From: an uncultured Gemmatimonadales bacterium
Lineage (GTDB): Bacteria > Gemmatimonadota > Gemmatimonadetes > Gemmatimonadales > GWC2-71-9
NCBI GenBank assembly: GCA_963842945.1
Contig: CAWJIM010000006.1
Location: forward strand, 110,716 to 174,715
Direction: 5' to 3'
DNA length: 64,000 nucleotides
The first letter of the stretch is position 1. Every line of letters starts with the position of its first letter. This document shows, one piece after another, positions 45,518 to 56,621 of this stretch. The notes under the pieces are model-generated. The model was not told the origin of the DNA. It saw only the letters and a list, made by a program, of their open reading frames with translations, and did no database searches. Made by a program: the position numbers and the translations under genes.

Positions 45518-48181
45518 GTGACCGCAGTCGACTCACTCCTCACCGATGCCCTGCGCGACCGCTACGTGATCGAGCGGGAGCTCGGCCAGGGTGGCATGGC
45601 GTCGGTTTACCTGGCCAACGACCTGCGCCACCACCGCCAGGTGGCCATCAAGGTGCTTCGCCCCGAGCTCGCGGCGGTGATCGGGGCCGAGCGCTTCCTA
45701 GCCGAGATCCGCACTACTGCCAATCTACAGCACCCGCACATTCTGCCACTGCACGACTCGGGTGAAGCGGGTTCATTCCTCTACTACGTGATGCCCTTTG
45801 TGGAGGGCGAATCGCTCCGCGACCGACTCAGGCGCGAGAAGCAGCTTCCCATTCCTGATGCCGTGCGGATCGCCACCGAGGTGGCCAGTGCCCTCGACTA
45901 CGCGCATCGGCACCACGTCATCCACCGCGACATCAAGCCGGAAAACATCCTGCTCCATGATGGCAGCGCTCTGGTGGCGGACTTCGGCATCGCGCTGGCG
46001 GTCTCCAGCGCCGGCGGTGGGACGCGGATGACCGAGACCGGCATGTCGCTCGGCACCCCGCACTACATGAGCCCCGAGCAGGCCATGGGCGAGCGCGAGA
46101 TCACGGCACGGTCCGATGTATACGCTTTGGGCGCCGTTCTCTATGAGATGCTGGTGGGCGAGCCGCCGTTCACGGGCTCGACTGCCCGGGCGGTGGTGGC
46201 GAAAGTCGTTACCGAAGAGCCGCGACCGCTGGTCCCCAAACGGCACACGATCCCCTCTCATGTGGAAGCGACGGTGCTGACCGCGCTGCAAAAGCTCCCG
46301 GCCGACCGTTTCACCAGCGCGGCGGACTTCGCCATGGCCTTGAGAAATCCAGATTTCGGCGGAAGCACGGCGGCAATTCAGACCATGGCTCTTCCCGCCC
46401 TGCGGCGATCCATGGCCCGGCGGAAAGCGCTTGCCCTCGCGCTCGTTGCGAGCCTCGCCGGCCTCGTCGTGGGCGCTTTGCTTGTGCTCTCGTGGCTGCG
46501 CGGGGGCCAGATGGCTCCCCAGGTCGCCCGTCTCTTGCTCGCGCTCCCATCGGAGCAAGCACTCCACCTCGAGCTCCCGTTCGCCATCTCCAAGGACGGG
46601 TCCCGGATCGCGTATCATGGCGATGATGGCGAGGGGTGGCTTCGCGAACTGAACCGACTGGACGCGACTCGGATTCCCGAAATCGACGGTGGGTGCTGTC
46701 CATTCTTCTCTCCGGATGGCCGGACCGTAGGGGCATTCACTGCATTCCCCGGGGACTTGATCCTTGCTCCGCTCGCTGGCGGTCTCCGCAGTACGATCGT
46801 ACGAGACTCGGTGTGGAGCGACGGAGGTGCCTGGAGTGGAGGCGGGTGGATCTACTTCATGATGGGTACCGGCCACAAGTTGGCGCGGGTCCGGCCGAAC
46901 GGGGAATCGCTCCAGGTCCTGGCCAGGCCCGATAGCAGTCGTGGGGAAGGCACTTTCGCCTTTCCCGATCCTCTGCCGGGTGACCGAGCAGCCCTTCTGA
47001 CGATCTGGCGGCGCAAGGGGGGATCGGACATCGCAGCCGTGGACTTCGCCACTCGCGAGATCAGGACGCTTGTGCGGGGAGCCTACGCCCGGTATCTCGC
47101 GTCGGGCCACCTCCTCGTTGTGCGCGCTAACGGAACAGCGATAGCGGCCCCGTTCGACCCGAAACGGCTGATCGTGACCGGCCCCCCGACGGAAGTGCTG
47201 GCCCGTGTAGCTCTGGGAGACGGACTTGCAGGCCTACTCGCGGCCTCGGCTTCGGGAACCCTGCTGTACAACACTTCCTCGTCGCCGGAGGGCCAGGTAG
47301 TACGAGTCGCACGGGACGGCAGGAGCATGCCAGTCGATCCTGCATGGAAGGGCAGGATGTTTTCCCTTTCCCTCTCGCCCGATGGGACACGGCTAGCGGT
47401 CAGCATCATGCGGGAAAGCGGCGGCCTCGAGGTCTGGGTCAAACAGCTGGCGACGGGGCCGCTCGCACGCCTGGCATTCGACGGCTTGGTTTCCTATAGA
47501 CCGGCCTGGGCCCCGGATGGCCGAGCAGTCACCTATATCTCCGATATCACCGAAGGCAGCGGGCTACTGGAGCGACCCGCCGATGGCAGCGGCTCAGCCA
47601 CCGTTCTGGCGCAAATGCCCCGGGGAATCGACGAAGGGTTTCGCTCCCGCGACGGACGGTGGCTCATCCTGCGCGTGGGCGTGGGCGGCGGCCGCGACAT
47701 CTACGGTCTGCGGCCCGGGATCGACAGCGCTCCTGTCGCGCTGATCGCCACCGAATTCCAGGAGCACTCCCCCGCACTCTCGCCGGACGGGCATTGGCTC
47801 GCCTATGTCTCCAACGAATCCGGACGGCACGAGGTGTATGTGCGCCCCTTCCCCAATGTCGGCGCCGCCAAATGGCAAGTTTCGACCTCGGGAGGAAGCG
47901 AGCCGCTCTGGGCGAACGGCGGTCGCGAGCTGTTCTTCAAGAACCGAAACGCAGAACTGATGGCGGTCTCGGTGCAAACCCGCCCGGCGTTCCGAATCCT
48001 GAGCTCTCAGCCGCTCTTCTCGGTCCGCGGGTATTACACCGAAAGGTTGCATACCAGCTATGCCGTGAGCCCGGACGACCGATCGTTCATTTTCGTGCGG
48101 CAGCTGGGCCCCGATGAGGGGCGGCTGGTGCTGGTGCTCAACTGGTTCGAGGAGCTCAAGAGCAAGGTGCCCCGCCCTTGA
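45518..48181 (+). CDS. Ser/Thr protein kinase K5 (kinase-TM-TolB/PD40 propellers)
   Basis: Intact 887-aa ORF; HRDIKPEN, DFG; SPDG repeats; WLAYVSNESG, LVLNWFEELK. Confidence 0.93.
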   Translation: MTAVDSLLTDALRDRYVIERELGQGGMASVYLANDLRHHRQVAIKVLRPELAAVIGAERFLAEIRTTANLQHPHILPLHDSGEAGSFLYYVMPFVEGESLRDRLRREKQLPIPDAVRIATEVASALDYAHRHHVIHRDIKPENILLHDGSALVADFGIALAVSSAGGGTRMTETGMSLGTPHYMSPEQAMGEREITARSDVYALGAVLYEMLVGEPPFTGSTARAVVAKVVTEEPRPLVPKRHTIPSHVEATVLTALQKLPADRFTSAADFAMALRNPDFGGSTAAIQTMALPALRRSMARRKALALALVASLAGLVVGALLVLSWLRGGQMAPQVARLLLALPSEQALHLELPFAISKDGSRIAYHGDDGEGWLRELNRLDATRIPEIDGGCCPFFSPDGRTVGAFTAFPGDLILAPLAGGLRSTIVRDSVWSDGGAWSGGGWIYFMMGTGHKLARVRPNGESLQVLARPDSSRGEGTFAFPDPLPGDRAALLTIWRRKGGSDIAAVDFATREIRTLVRGAYARYLASGHLLVVRANGTAIAAPFDPKRLIVTGPPTEVLARVALGDGLAGLLAASASGTLLYNTSSSPEGQVVRVARDGRSMPVDPAWKGRMFSLSLSPDGTRLAVSIMRESGGLEVWVKQLATGPLARLAFDGLVSYRPAWAPDGRAVTYISDITEGSGLLERPADGSGSATVLAQMPRGIDEGFRSRDGRWLILRVGVGGGRDIYGLRPGIDSAPVALIATEFQEHSPALSPDGHWLAYVSNESGRHEVYVRPFPNVGAAKWQVSTSGGSEPLWANGGRELFFKNRNAELMAVSVQTRPAFRILSSQPLFSVRGYYTERLHTSYAVSPDDRSFIFVRQLGPDEGRLVLVLNWFEELKSKVPRP

Positions 48182-50532
48182 CACTCCTCGAGCAGCTCAC
48201 GGCGGTGCTGGGCGAGCGATACCGAGTCGAGCGCGAACTCGGTCAGGGAGGAATGGCAGTCGTCTTTCTCGCCCAGGATTTGAAGCACCGGCGTCGCGTC
48301 GCCATTAAGCTCCTCAGGCCCGAGCTCTCGGCCGTCCTTGGCAGCGACCGATTCCTCCGCGAAATAGAAATCGCCGCGGCCCTTCAGCATCCCCACATTC
48401 TCCCACTCTATGACTCGGGTGAGGCCGGCGGCTTGCTGTACTACGTCATGCCGTTCGCCGAGGGCGAGTCGCTCAGGCAGCGACTCGGCCGGGAGCAGCA
48501 GCTTCCGCTCGACGCCGCGCTCCAGATCACTCGGGAAGTAGGCAGTGCCCTGCAGTATGCCCACGAGCACGGAGTGGTGCACCGCGATATCAAGCCGGAT
48601 AACATCATGCTGTCGGGGGGCCAGGCCGTCGTCGCCGACTTCGGCATCGCCCGTGCGCTGGAGGCGGCGAGTCCGGAGCGACTCACCCAGAGCGGAATGG
48701 CGGTGGGCACACCGCAGTATATGAGCCCCGAGCAGGCCGCGGCCGGGACGGTGGACGCTCGCAGCGACCAATACAGCCTGGCGTGTACCCTGTACGAAAT
48801 GCTGATCGGCGAGCCTCCTTTCAGCGGACCGTCGGCCAATGCCGTCATCGCCCGACACTCGCTCGAGCCGGTCCCGAGTCTCCGAGTGGTTCGCCAGGCG
48901 GTGCCGGCGGCGGTGGAGACGGCCATCATGCGAGCCATGGCAAAAGTGCCGGCCGACCGCTTCGCCTCGATTCAACGGTTTCTGGAGGCGCTCGCTTCCC
49001 CGGAGATCCCGTCGTTGGCGACGACCGTGCCCAGCAGACCGGGGCACCGGTCCCCAGCCCGCCCGAGCCGGCGACTGATGATCGGCCTGGCCGGCGGCGT
49101 GCTGGTGGCAGCGGCAGCGTGGTGGCTACTGGAAGGCCGCATAGCCCCGGGGGCACGCGCAGCGCCGGCCGGGGTGGCGGCGGTCGCGGTCCTCCCGTTT
49201 CAGGAGGTGGCGGGTGACCCGGACAGCTCCTATCTCGCTGAGGGAATGACGGAAGGGCTCATTGCCGACCTGTCCGAGATTGGCTCGTTGAAGGTGATCT
49301 CGCGCTCATCGGGCGCCGCAGCACAAGGAGCGATGAGATCGTTGGCCGAGCTGGCGAGTGACCTCGGCGTAGACGCCGTGGTGAAGGGCTCGATTCGAAA
49401 GGCTGGCGACAGCGTACGAGTAAATGTGCGACTCCTGCAGGCGCGGGACAGCACGGTCCTCTTCGCGCGGGATTATCAGGGCGGCATGGGAGAATTGCCG
49501 GACCTGCAACGGCAGATCACGCTCGCCATTACCGGCTCTATCAAGGCCGACGTCAAGGGGGCCGAGCGAAGCCGTCTCGATCTGCGGCGCAAGGTAGATC
49601 AACGGGCATACGACGCCTACCTGCGCGGCCGCTTCTTTCTGGATCGCGGTGAGCTAGGCCAGGCACGGAAGCTGTTCGAGGACGCCGGCCGGATCGCCCC
49701 GGATTGGGCGCCTCCCTACGTCGGCCTGGCCAACTACTACGCTGCACTTCCTTTTTACAGCAACGTCTCGCCGGCCGAGGTACTGCCCCAGGCCCGCTCG
49801 GCGCTGGTTCAGGCTCTCAGGCTGGATGAGACGCTGGCAGAAGCGCATGCGGTCAACGGCTACATTCGGGCCTACTACGAGTGGGATTGGCGGGCCGCCG
49901 AGCAGGAGTTCAGGCGCGCGCTCGAGCTGAGGCCCAACTACGCCGACGCCTACTTCTCCTACAGCCGCTTTCTGGCGTCGCGCCGCCGGCTCGACGAGGC
50001 CATCGGGCAACTCGGCCGGGCAGTAGAGCTGGATCCGCTGTCACTCTCGCTCCAAGCCAACCGCGCCCTGCTCGACTATTTCGCGGGCCGTTACGAACAG
50101 GCGGACAGCCGGCTGCGGGACGTTCTCAAGAGCGACTCCAGCGATGTGCTGGCCAAATGGGGACTGGCGCTGGTGGCCGAGCAGGAGGGGAAACTCGAAA
50201 AGGCCATCGCGCTTCTGGAGCCGATCAGCGGCAGTAGCATGCTCCGCAAATCCTCGCTCGGTCATGCCTACGCCCTCGCCGGCAACACGGCCCAATCGCG
50301 GAGGATCCTCGCCGAGCTCCGTCAGGCGGCGGCCCGCAGCTACGTACCCTCCTACTGGTTCGCTGTGGTGTACATCGGCCTGGGCGAGCGCGAGCTAGCC
50401 CTGCGCCATCTCGAGCGAGCGTACGAGGAGCGTTCGACGGTGCTGGCCTACCTGTTGATCGATCCCCGGCTCGCACCGCTCCGGGGCGACTCCCGGTTTC
50501 TTGCACTGGCCCAGCGACTCCGAGGCGAGTAG
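48178..50532 (+). CDS. Ser/Thr protein kinase K6 (kinase-TM-TolB_N-TPR)
   Basis: Intact 784-aa ORF; TTGA overlap with K5; HRDIKPDN, VAVLPF..EGMTEGLI..VISRSS, WDWRAAE. Confidence 0.93.
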   Translation: MTLLEQLTAVLGERYRVERELGQGGMAVVFLAQDLKHRRRVAIKLLRPELSAVLGSDRFLREIEIAAALQHPHILPLYDSGEAGGLLYYVMPFAEGESLRQRLGREQQLPLDAALQITREVGSALQYAHEHGVVHRDIKPDNIMLSGGQAVVADFGIARALEAASPERLTQSGMAVGTPQYMSPEQAAAGTVDARSDQYSLACTLYEMLIGEPPFSGPSANAVIARHSLEPVPSLRVVRQAVPAAVETAIMRAMAKVPADRFASIQRFLEALASPEIPSLATTVPSRPGHRSPARPSRRLMIGLAGGVLVAAAAWWLLEGRIAPGARAAPAGVAAVAVLPFQEVAGDPDSSYLAEGMTEGLIADLSEIGSLKVISRSSGAAAQGAMRSLAELASDLGVDAVVKGSIRKAGDSVRVNVRLLQARDSTVLFARDYQGGMGELPDLQRQITLAITGSIKADVKGAERSRLDLRRKVDQRAYDAYLRGRFFLDRGELGQARKLFEDAGRIAPDWAPPYVGLANYYAALPFYSNVSPAEVLPQARSALVQALRLDETLAEAHAVNGYIRAYYEWDWRAAEQEFRRALELRPNYADAYFSYSRFLASRRRLDEAIGQLGRAVELDPLSLSLQANRALLDYFAGRYEQADSRLRDVLKSDSSDVLAKWGLALVAEQEGKLEKAIALLEPISGSSMLRKSSLGHAYALAGNTAQSRRILAELRQAAARSYVPSYWFAVVYIGLGERELALRHLERAYEERSTVLAYLLIDPRLAPLRGDSRFLALAQRLRGE

Positions 50533-50543
50533 GTAGCAGCAGC

Positions 50544-50715
50544 TCAGTCTCCGTCGGCGTCCGACTTCTCCGTTTCGAGCACGGCTCCATCGCGGGCAAG
50601 CTTGACCTCCCACAGGACGTCGCCGGCGAGCACCTGCACTTCACGGAGGCATTGGTCGTCATCGTCAGGACTGGACGGCAGACGGAGACAGTTCCGGGGA
50701 CCAGCTTTCGATGGC
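50544..50715 (-). pseudogene. possible decayed PepSY-like domain remnant
   Basis: Manual reading KLVPGTVSV / DDDDQCLREVQVLAGDVLWEVKLARDGAVLETEKSDADGD*. Confidence 0.4.
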
Positions 50716-51428
50716 ACGCTGACGTAAGGTGCGGGTCATGGTTGAGCTCAGCTGCCAAGGTCCAGCGCCAACCATTCATCCGCGCCTCCGCGATGGCGAT
50801 GAGCGTCGGCGACCGGGATCGAGCCGGGGCACGGGTCGGCCAGCCCGCCTACGAAGCGGGACTCGACACGGAGCCGCTCACGATGTCGCAAGCTCCAGAC
50901 GCTTCATGGAGTGTGACCAGGCGTTTCCAGGGCGACGCGACCGAGTACTCGGGAGCGGCGATCCACCAAGAGGGCGGCCTTGACGGCCTTACCACCAGTC
51001 ACGCTCGCTTCCCGACGACTTCAACTGACTGCCGGAGCGATACTTTCGCCTGCGTGAGGGCATCCTGCAGCTGGCGGTGACCCGGGGCCCCGTCCCGTCG
51101 GCTCCGGAGCAGCGGCGAGGAGCGAGGCGGCGGAGTCCCGTAAACCAGAGTAAAAAGGTGGCTCATTGCCTCCGGTCGCCCTCGCGGACCTGGAGGAGAA
51201 GCTCAGTTATCGATGAGCGATCGGCTGCCTGTTCAACGGGGGCATTGGATAGCGGCTAACCGGCACGTAAGTGACGCGAGTGTTCACAGTGAAGGGAACA
51301 AGGCAAAGATTTGTGACAGGGGCTGCGGTCACCGCCAGCCTGTGCTCTGCTGGACTTCGCCGTACAACTGCAGCATCCTCGATGTCGAATATCAAGCCGC
51401 ACCCACCCCCTTCCACCGGAGCGTCACG

Positions 51429-51752
51429 ATGCTGCTGATCCGCGAGGTGTTCCACTGCCGGCCCGGCAAGGTCCGTCCCCTACTCGAGAAGTTTCAGGCG
51501 ATGAACCGCATCATGGCCAATGCCGGCCAGGGCAACATGCGCCTGATGACCGACTTCAGCGGCGAGCGCTACTGGACTCTGGTCGCCGAGTTCGAGACAC
51601 CCGGCATGGCCGAGTTCGAGAAGATGATGCAGGGCGAGGGGATGAGCGAGGCGGATACGAAGGAGTTCGAGCGCCTCATGCAGGGGTACCATGACCTGAT
51701 CGACAGCGGGCACCGGGAAATCTACCGGCTGGAGCCGGCCACGAAGGGGTGA
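51429..51752 (+). CDS. small dimeric alpha-beta barrel (NIPSNAP-like) protein
   Basis: MLLIREVFHCRPGK..RLMTD.SGERYWTLV.E..YHDLIDSGHREIY. Confidence 0.75.
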   Translation: MLLIREVFHCRPGKVRPLLEKFQAMNRIMANAGQGNMRLMTDFSGERYWTLVAEFETPGMAEFEKMMQGEGMSEADTKEFERLMQGYHDLIDSGHREIYRLEPATKG

Positions 51753-51769
51753 TCGGAGTCGCGGAGATC

Positions 51770-52768
51770 CTAGCTCTCCAGCACGAGACCCATCGCGACA
51801 TCTCTTCTCCTGACCCGCTCGATGGCTTCGTTCACTCGTGCGAGCGGCATGACATCGACGATAGCCGCGATGCCATGCCTCGACGAGAACGCGAGCATCT
51901 GCGTTGTATCCGCACGACTCCCTATGTAATTCCCGTAGATGGATCGCCGAGAATTGTTCAATAGCCCGCCGCTCAGCGACAGCTGCTTCAACGGGGACGC
52001 CACCAGGCAGAGCTGGCCCTGTGGCGTCAGCATTCTCACAAAGGAGTCAATGTCGAAGGCGACATTCAGCGTCGAGAGGATGAAGTCGAACTCCCCCTGG
52101 TACTCGGTCAGGCGCTCCGGGTCCGAGCTGTCCGCGAATGCGCCTCCCAGCCGCTCGATCAGCGCTCTCTTGGCTGGCGAATGCGAAAACGCCGTCACGC
52201 GGTGCCCCATCTTGTGGAGGAACTGTATGGCCAGGTGACCGAGCCCTCCGGCACCCAGCACCGCCACTCGAGAACCGTCGGCCAGTCCGGCCCGAAGAAT
52301 GCCTGCGTACACCGTCAGGCCGGACGAGAGCAGAGGGGTTGATGTGGCCGAATCGAGCTGCGGCGGGAGCCGGAAAGCGAACCGAGCATCGACAATGATG
52401 TGTTCGGCCAGGCCGCCGTATCGGTCGACGGCAATGACTTTCTGACTGGCGCAGAGTTGCTCGATGCCCCGCTGGCAGAAGGAGCAGTCGAAACACGCCT
52501 CCTGCTGGTACCCGATACCAACGCGATCGCCGGTGTGGAGGTCGGCGACCTCGGAACCGGCCTCTTCGACGATTCCAACGATCTCGTGGCCGGGGACCAG
52601 CGGATACCGCGCGTCACCCCAATCATTATCGATGAACTGGATGTCGCCCCTCGCGAGGCTACGATGCGTGATCCTCACCAGGACGTCACGGCCGCCGAGA
52701 GTCCTCTCATACAGGAAGGGCTCCGCCGTGCCGCCTTTCTCTCTGATCGCGTATGCTCTGATCTGCAT
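51770..52768 (-). CDS. MDR-family (cinnamyl alcohol dehydrogenase/Ahr-like) oxidoreductase
   Basis: PLVPGHEIVG, GDRVG, CFDCSFC..C, GAGGLG. Confidence 0.9.
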   Translation of the reverse strand: MQIRAYAIREKGGTAEPFLYERTLGGRDVLVRITHRSLARGDIQFIDNDWGDARYPLVPGHEIVGIVEEAGSEVADLHTGDRVGIGYQQEACFDCSFCQRGIEQLCASQKVIAVDRYGGLAEHIIVDARFAFRLPPQLDSATSTPLLSSGLTVYAGILRAGLADGSRVAVLGAGGLGHLAIQFLHKMGHRVTAFSHSPAKRALIERLGGAFADSSDPERLTEYQGEFDFILSTLNVAFDIDSFVRMLTPQGQLCLVASPLKQLSLSGGLLNNSRRSIYGNYIGSRADTTQMLAFSSRHGIAAIVDVMPLARVNEAIERVRRRDVAMGLVLES

Positions 52769-52905
52769 GATTCACTCGGGTTCCATGGCCCGTGCTGAAA
52801 ATACCCCCCACCTTGCGCGCGGTCGTGGGCCCGCTGCTGGAGATTTGCCGGCTTGGGCTAAGCAACTATCCACCCCAGCGGTATGTCTCACACTTCTGCC
52901 CGACG

Positions 52906-52932
52906 TGTAACCTTCAGCTGGGCTTTTGCGTA
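52906..52932 (+). promoter_or_regulatory. ECF-type promoter TGTAAC-N17-CGTA
   Basis: Same boxes and spacing as 17773-17799. Confidence 0.65.
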
Positions 52933-52982
52933 GCTACTGAGCCGAGCCGGTCGCGACACCTACACCCGTGCGGAGAATTTCG

Positions 52983-55305
52983 ATGTCCGTCTCTCATTCT
53001 TTCGTCTGGGCCTTGGCCCTGCTGTTGTTCTCTTCAAGCGTTGCCGCCCAGGACAGTCTCACAGTCGACCGGATCTTCAACTCCAAGGACTTCGCCCCAG
53101 AGCAGCTGGGTCGGGTTCGCTGGCTGGAAAGGGAAGCAGCATACCTCAGGCTGGAGGCGGACAGTGCCACGCCCGCAGGTCAGGCGCTCGTCCGCGATGA
53201 TGCCGCGACCGGCAGGCGTGCCGTTTGGATACCGGCCGCAAGGCTGGTACCACGCGGGGACTCGATTCCGTTGACGGTGGAGGACTACACGGTCTCGCCG
53301 AATGAGCGCAGGCTCCTGATTTTCACCAATTCGGAGAAGGTCTGGCGACAGAACACCCGAGGCGACTTCTGGTCGCTCGATTTATCAACCTGGCAGCTTC
53401 GAAAGCTGGGCGGCGCTCAGGCCAAGCCTTCCACGCTGATGTTCGCCAAGTTCTCGCCCGATGGAAATCGGGTCGCCTATGTCCGGGAAAACAATCTGTA
53501 CGTGGAGAATCTCGACGACCAGCACATCACTCAGCTCACCCATGACGGCTCTCGCACGGTCATCAACGGGACCTTCGACTGGGTCTATGAGGAGGAGTTG
53601 AATCTGCGCGATGGCTTCGTCTGGAGCCCCGATGGCGCTCGCATCGCGTACTGGCAGCTCGATGCATCCGGGGTCCGCGATTTCCTCCTGATCAATAACA
53701 CTGACTCGCTGTACTCCTTCACCATTCCAGTGCAGTACCCCAAGGCGGGCACCACGAACTCGGCCGCGCGGGTTGGGGTGGTGAGCGCGTCGGGCGGCAA
53801 CACCGTCTGGCTCCGTGTTCCCGGCGATCCCCGCAACAACTACATCGCCCGCCTCGATTGGGCGGGAAGCTCGGCTGAGGTCGTGGTCCAGCAGCTCAAC
53901 CGGCTGCAGAATACGCTGGTGGTGATGCTGGGGGATGCCGGGACCGGCCAAGTGCGTACCGTACACACCGAGAGGGATAGCGCCTGGGTGGATGTGGGGA
54001 ATGACCTACGCTGGCTACAGGGAGGAAAGAGCTTCACCTGGATCAGCGAACGGGACGGCTACCGGCACCTGTACCTCATCTCACGGGATGGGAAGCAGCA
54101 GCGCCTGCTCACTCCAGGCAGCTTCGACCTGCACAATCCTGCCAGCCCCTTTGGCGACCCGCTGGTGGTGGGACAGGATTCAGCCCGTGGTTGGATCTAC
54201 TACACTGCATCGCCCGAGAACGCCACCCAACTGTATCTCTTTCGAAGCCGTATCGACGGAAAGGGCCGACCGGAGCGACTGACTCCCAGGGACCAGTCCG
54301 GCTACCACCGATATTTCATCTCCAGCGATGGCCGGTGGGCAATCCACAACTTCTCTTCCTTCGGCACTCCCCCCATCACCGACCTGGTCACCCTTCCCGA
54401 GCACAAAGTGATCCGGACCCTGGTGGACAATCGGAGGCTGCGAGATGCTGTAGCCAAGCTGAGCCGGGGCCGAGCGGAGTTCGTGAAGGTAGCCGCCGGG
54501 CCGGGACTGCAACTGGATGCCTGGGTGATGAAACCGCCAGGCTTCGACTCCACCCGGCGGTACCCGGTCTTCTTCGAGGTCTACGGCGAGCCGGCGGCGC
54601 AGACCGTCCTCGATATCTGGAAGGGCGAAGGGTACCTCTGGGATCTGATGCTGACCCAGAAGGGATACGTGGTCGCCTCGGTCGATAATCGCGGTACGCC
54701 GGCTCCCCGCGGCCGCGCGTTTCGCAAAGCCATCTACCAGAAGATTGGAGTACTCAACGTCGGCGATCATGCGGCAGCGCTCCGCACCATGCGGAGCTGG
54801 CCCTGGGTAGACTCGACCCGAATCGGCGTGTGGGGCTGGAGCGGCGGCGGTTCGATGACCTTGCATCTGATGTTCCGCCACCCCGAGCTCTATCAGACCG
54901 GCATGGCGGTAGCGCCTGAAGCCGACGTGCGGATGTATGACACGATTTATCAGGAGCGTTACCTCGGACTACCGCAGCAGAGTCCCGAGGCGTACCGCGA
55001 GGCCTCAGCAATCAGCTACGCGGACAAGCTCCGCGGCAACCTGCTGGTGGTGCACGGCCAGGGAGACGACAACGTGCACTATCAGGCGACCGAGCGGCTG
55101 ATCAATGCACTGGTTGCGGCCAACCGGCAGTTCACCATGATGGAGTATCCCAATCGGAGTCACTGCATCTGCGAAGGGGACGGAACGACGCTGCATCTCT
55201 TTTCGCTCCTGACGCGATATCTGGAGCAGAATTTGTCCGCCGGGACCCCGCCCTGCGGCAACTGCACCGTCACCCGAGTCGACTTCGGCACGTTCCGGAC
55301 ACTGA
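52983..55305 (+). CDS. S9B dipeptidyl-peptidase IV-like peptidase copy 2 (1-nt shift near 55233)
   Basis: Close paralog of 17849; correcting the frame against copy 1 (NLPPGPRPA) gives TGA at 55303-55305. Confidence 0.9.
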
Positions 55306-55308
55306 GCG

Positions 55309-56553
55309 ATGGACCCAGCCACAATCCTTCATGCGGACCTGGACGCGTTCTACGCCTCCGTCGAGCAGATGCTCGACCCGTCGCTCAAGGGGAGGCCGAT
55401 CGCAGTCGGGGGCGGCGTGGTGCTCGCGGCCTCCTACGAAGCGAAGGCCTTCGGTGTCCACGGCGGCATGCCGGGTCGGCGGGCGCGAGAGCTTTGCCCC
55501 GACCTGGTCTTCGTCGGCGGGCACTTCAAGGAGTACCAACGGCTCGGCGACGCCGCGATCAGGATACTGGGCGACTTCACGCCGCTGGTCGAACGGATCT
55601 CGATCGACGAGGCTTTCGCCGACGTCGCAGGCTGCACCCACCTCTTCGGCACGCCGGCCGACATCGCCGCAGCGATCCGCCGACGGGTGCGCGACGAACT
55701 GGCCCTTCCCATCTCCATCGGCGTCGCCCGCACCAAGCACCTCGCCAAGATCGCCTCGCAGGTCGCCAAGCCAGACGGGCTGGTTGTCGTCGACCCGGAG
55801 ACCGAGCTCGCCTTCCTTCATGATTTGCCGGTGGAGATGATGTGGGGCGTCGGCCCGGCGACCAGGGCGCGACTCGCCGAAAGAGGCATCGCTACCATCG
55901 GCGACCTGGCGAAGAGCTCCCCAGGCGCGATTGCCCGGCTTCTCGGCCGTGCCGCGGGCGAGAGGCTGGCCGCCCTCGCCTGGAACCGCGATCCTCGTGC
56001 TATCCGGACCCATGTACACGCCCACTCGGTCGGAGCGCAATCGGCGCTCGGCCGAAGGCCCGTGGAGGACCCGGTCATCCGCCGGTCGCTCCGCCACCTT
56101 GCCGACCGGGTCGGCTCGCGCCTGCGGGCGAAGGGCAAGTGCGGGCGGACCGTGACGGTGCGGGTGCGCTTCGGCGACCTCCGCTCGGTTACACACGCCG
56201 TGACGCTGCCGCAACCTGTCGCCGCGACTGCAATCCTCGCCGAGATCGCCGAGGACCTGGTGCGAGCCGTCCTCAGGAGCCATCCCCAAGAACGCGCGAT
56301 CTCTCTCGTTGCCATCTCGGTATCGCATATCGAGGAGCAGCCGGCGGTGCAACTCGATCTGCCGCTCGGCCTCGCCGACGAGGCGTGGCGCCCGGGCGCT
56401 AAGGGAGGGATGGCGCACCTCCTCGCCGACCGCGCCATCGACGCGATCCGCGACCGTTTCGGCTGGGAATCCGTTGGCTACGCCTCGGTCGCCCTCGACG
56501 CCCGCCGCTCCGTTCCCGACGCCTTCCGCGAGCTGGCGGAGCGGCAGTTGTAG
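55309..56553 (+). CDS. dinB: DNA polymerase IV (Y family)
   Basis: ILHADLDAFYASVE, AASYEA, SIDEAF, LAKIAS..AKPDG, WGVG. Confidence 0.95.
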   Translation: MDPATILHADLDAFYASVEQMLDPSLKGRPIAVGGGVVLAASYEAKAFGVHGGMPGRRARELCPDLVFVGGHFKEYQRLGDAAIRILGDFTPLVERISIDEAFADVAGCTHLFGTPADIAAAIRRRVRDELALPISIGVARTKHLAKIASQVAKPDGLVVVDPETELAFLHDLPVEMMWGVGPATRARLAERGIATIGDLAKSSPGAIARLLGRAAGERLAALAWNRDPRAIRTHVHAHSVGAQSALGRRPVEDPVIRRSLRHLADRVGSRLRAKGKCGRTVTVRVRFGDLRSVTHAVTLPQPVAATAILAEIAEDLVRAVLRSHPQERAISLVAISVSHIEEQPAVQLDLPLGLADEAWRPGAKGGMAHLLADRAIDAIRDRFGWESVGYASVALDARRSVPDAFRELAERQL

Positions 56554-56621
56554 GGACTACGCCGGCGCCGTCACCGGAAAATCCTATGCGGCGTCTTGAG
56601 TCGTACCGTGCCCCCGCATGC

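Noticed and set aside
52968..55823. 951-aa S9 peptidase overlapping dinB
   Set aside because: A single extra base near 55233; the paralog-guided frame stops at 55305
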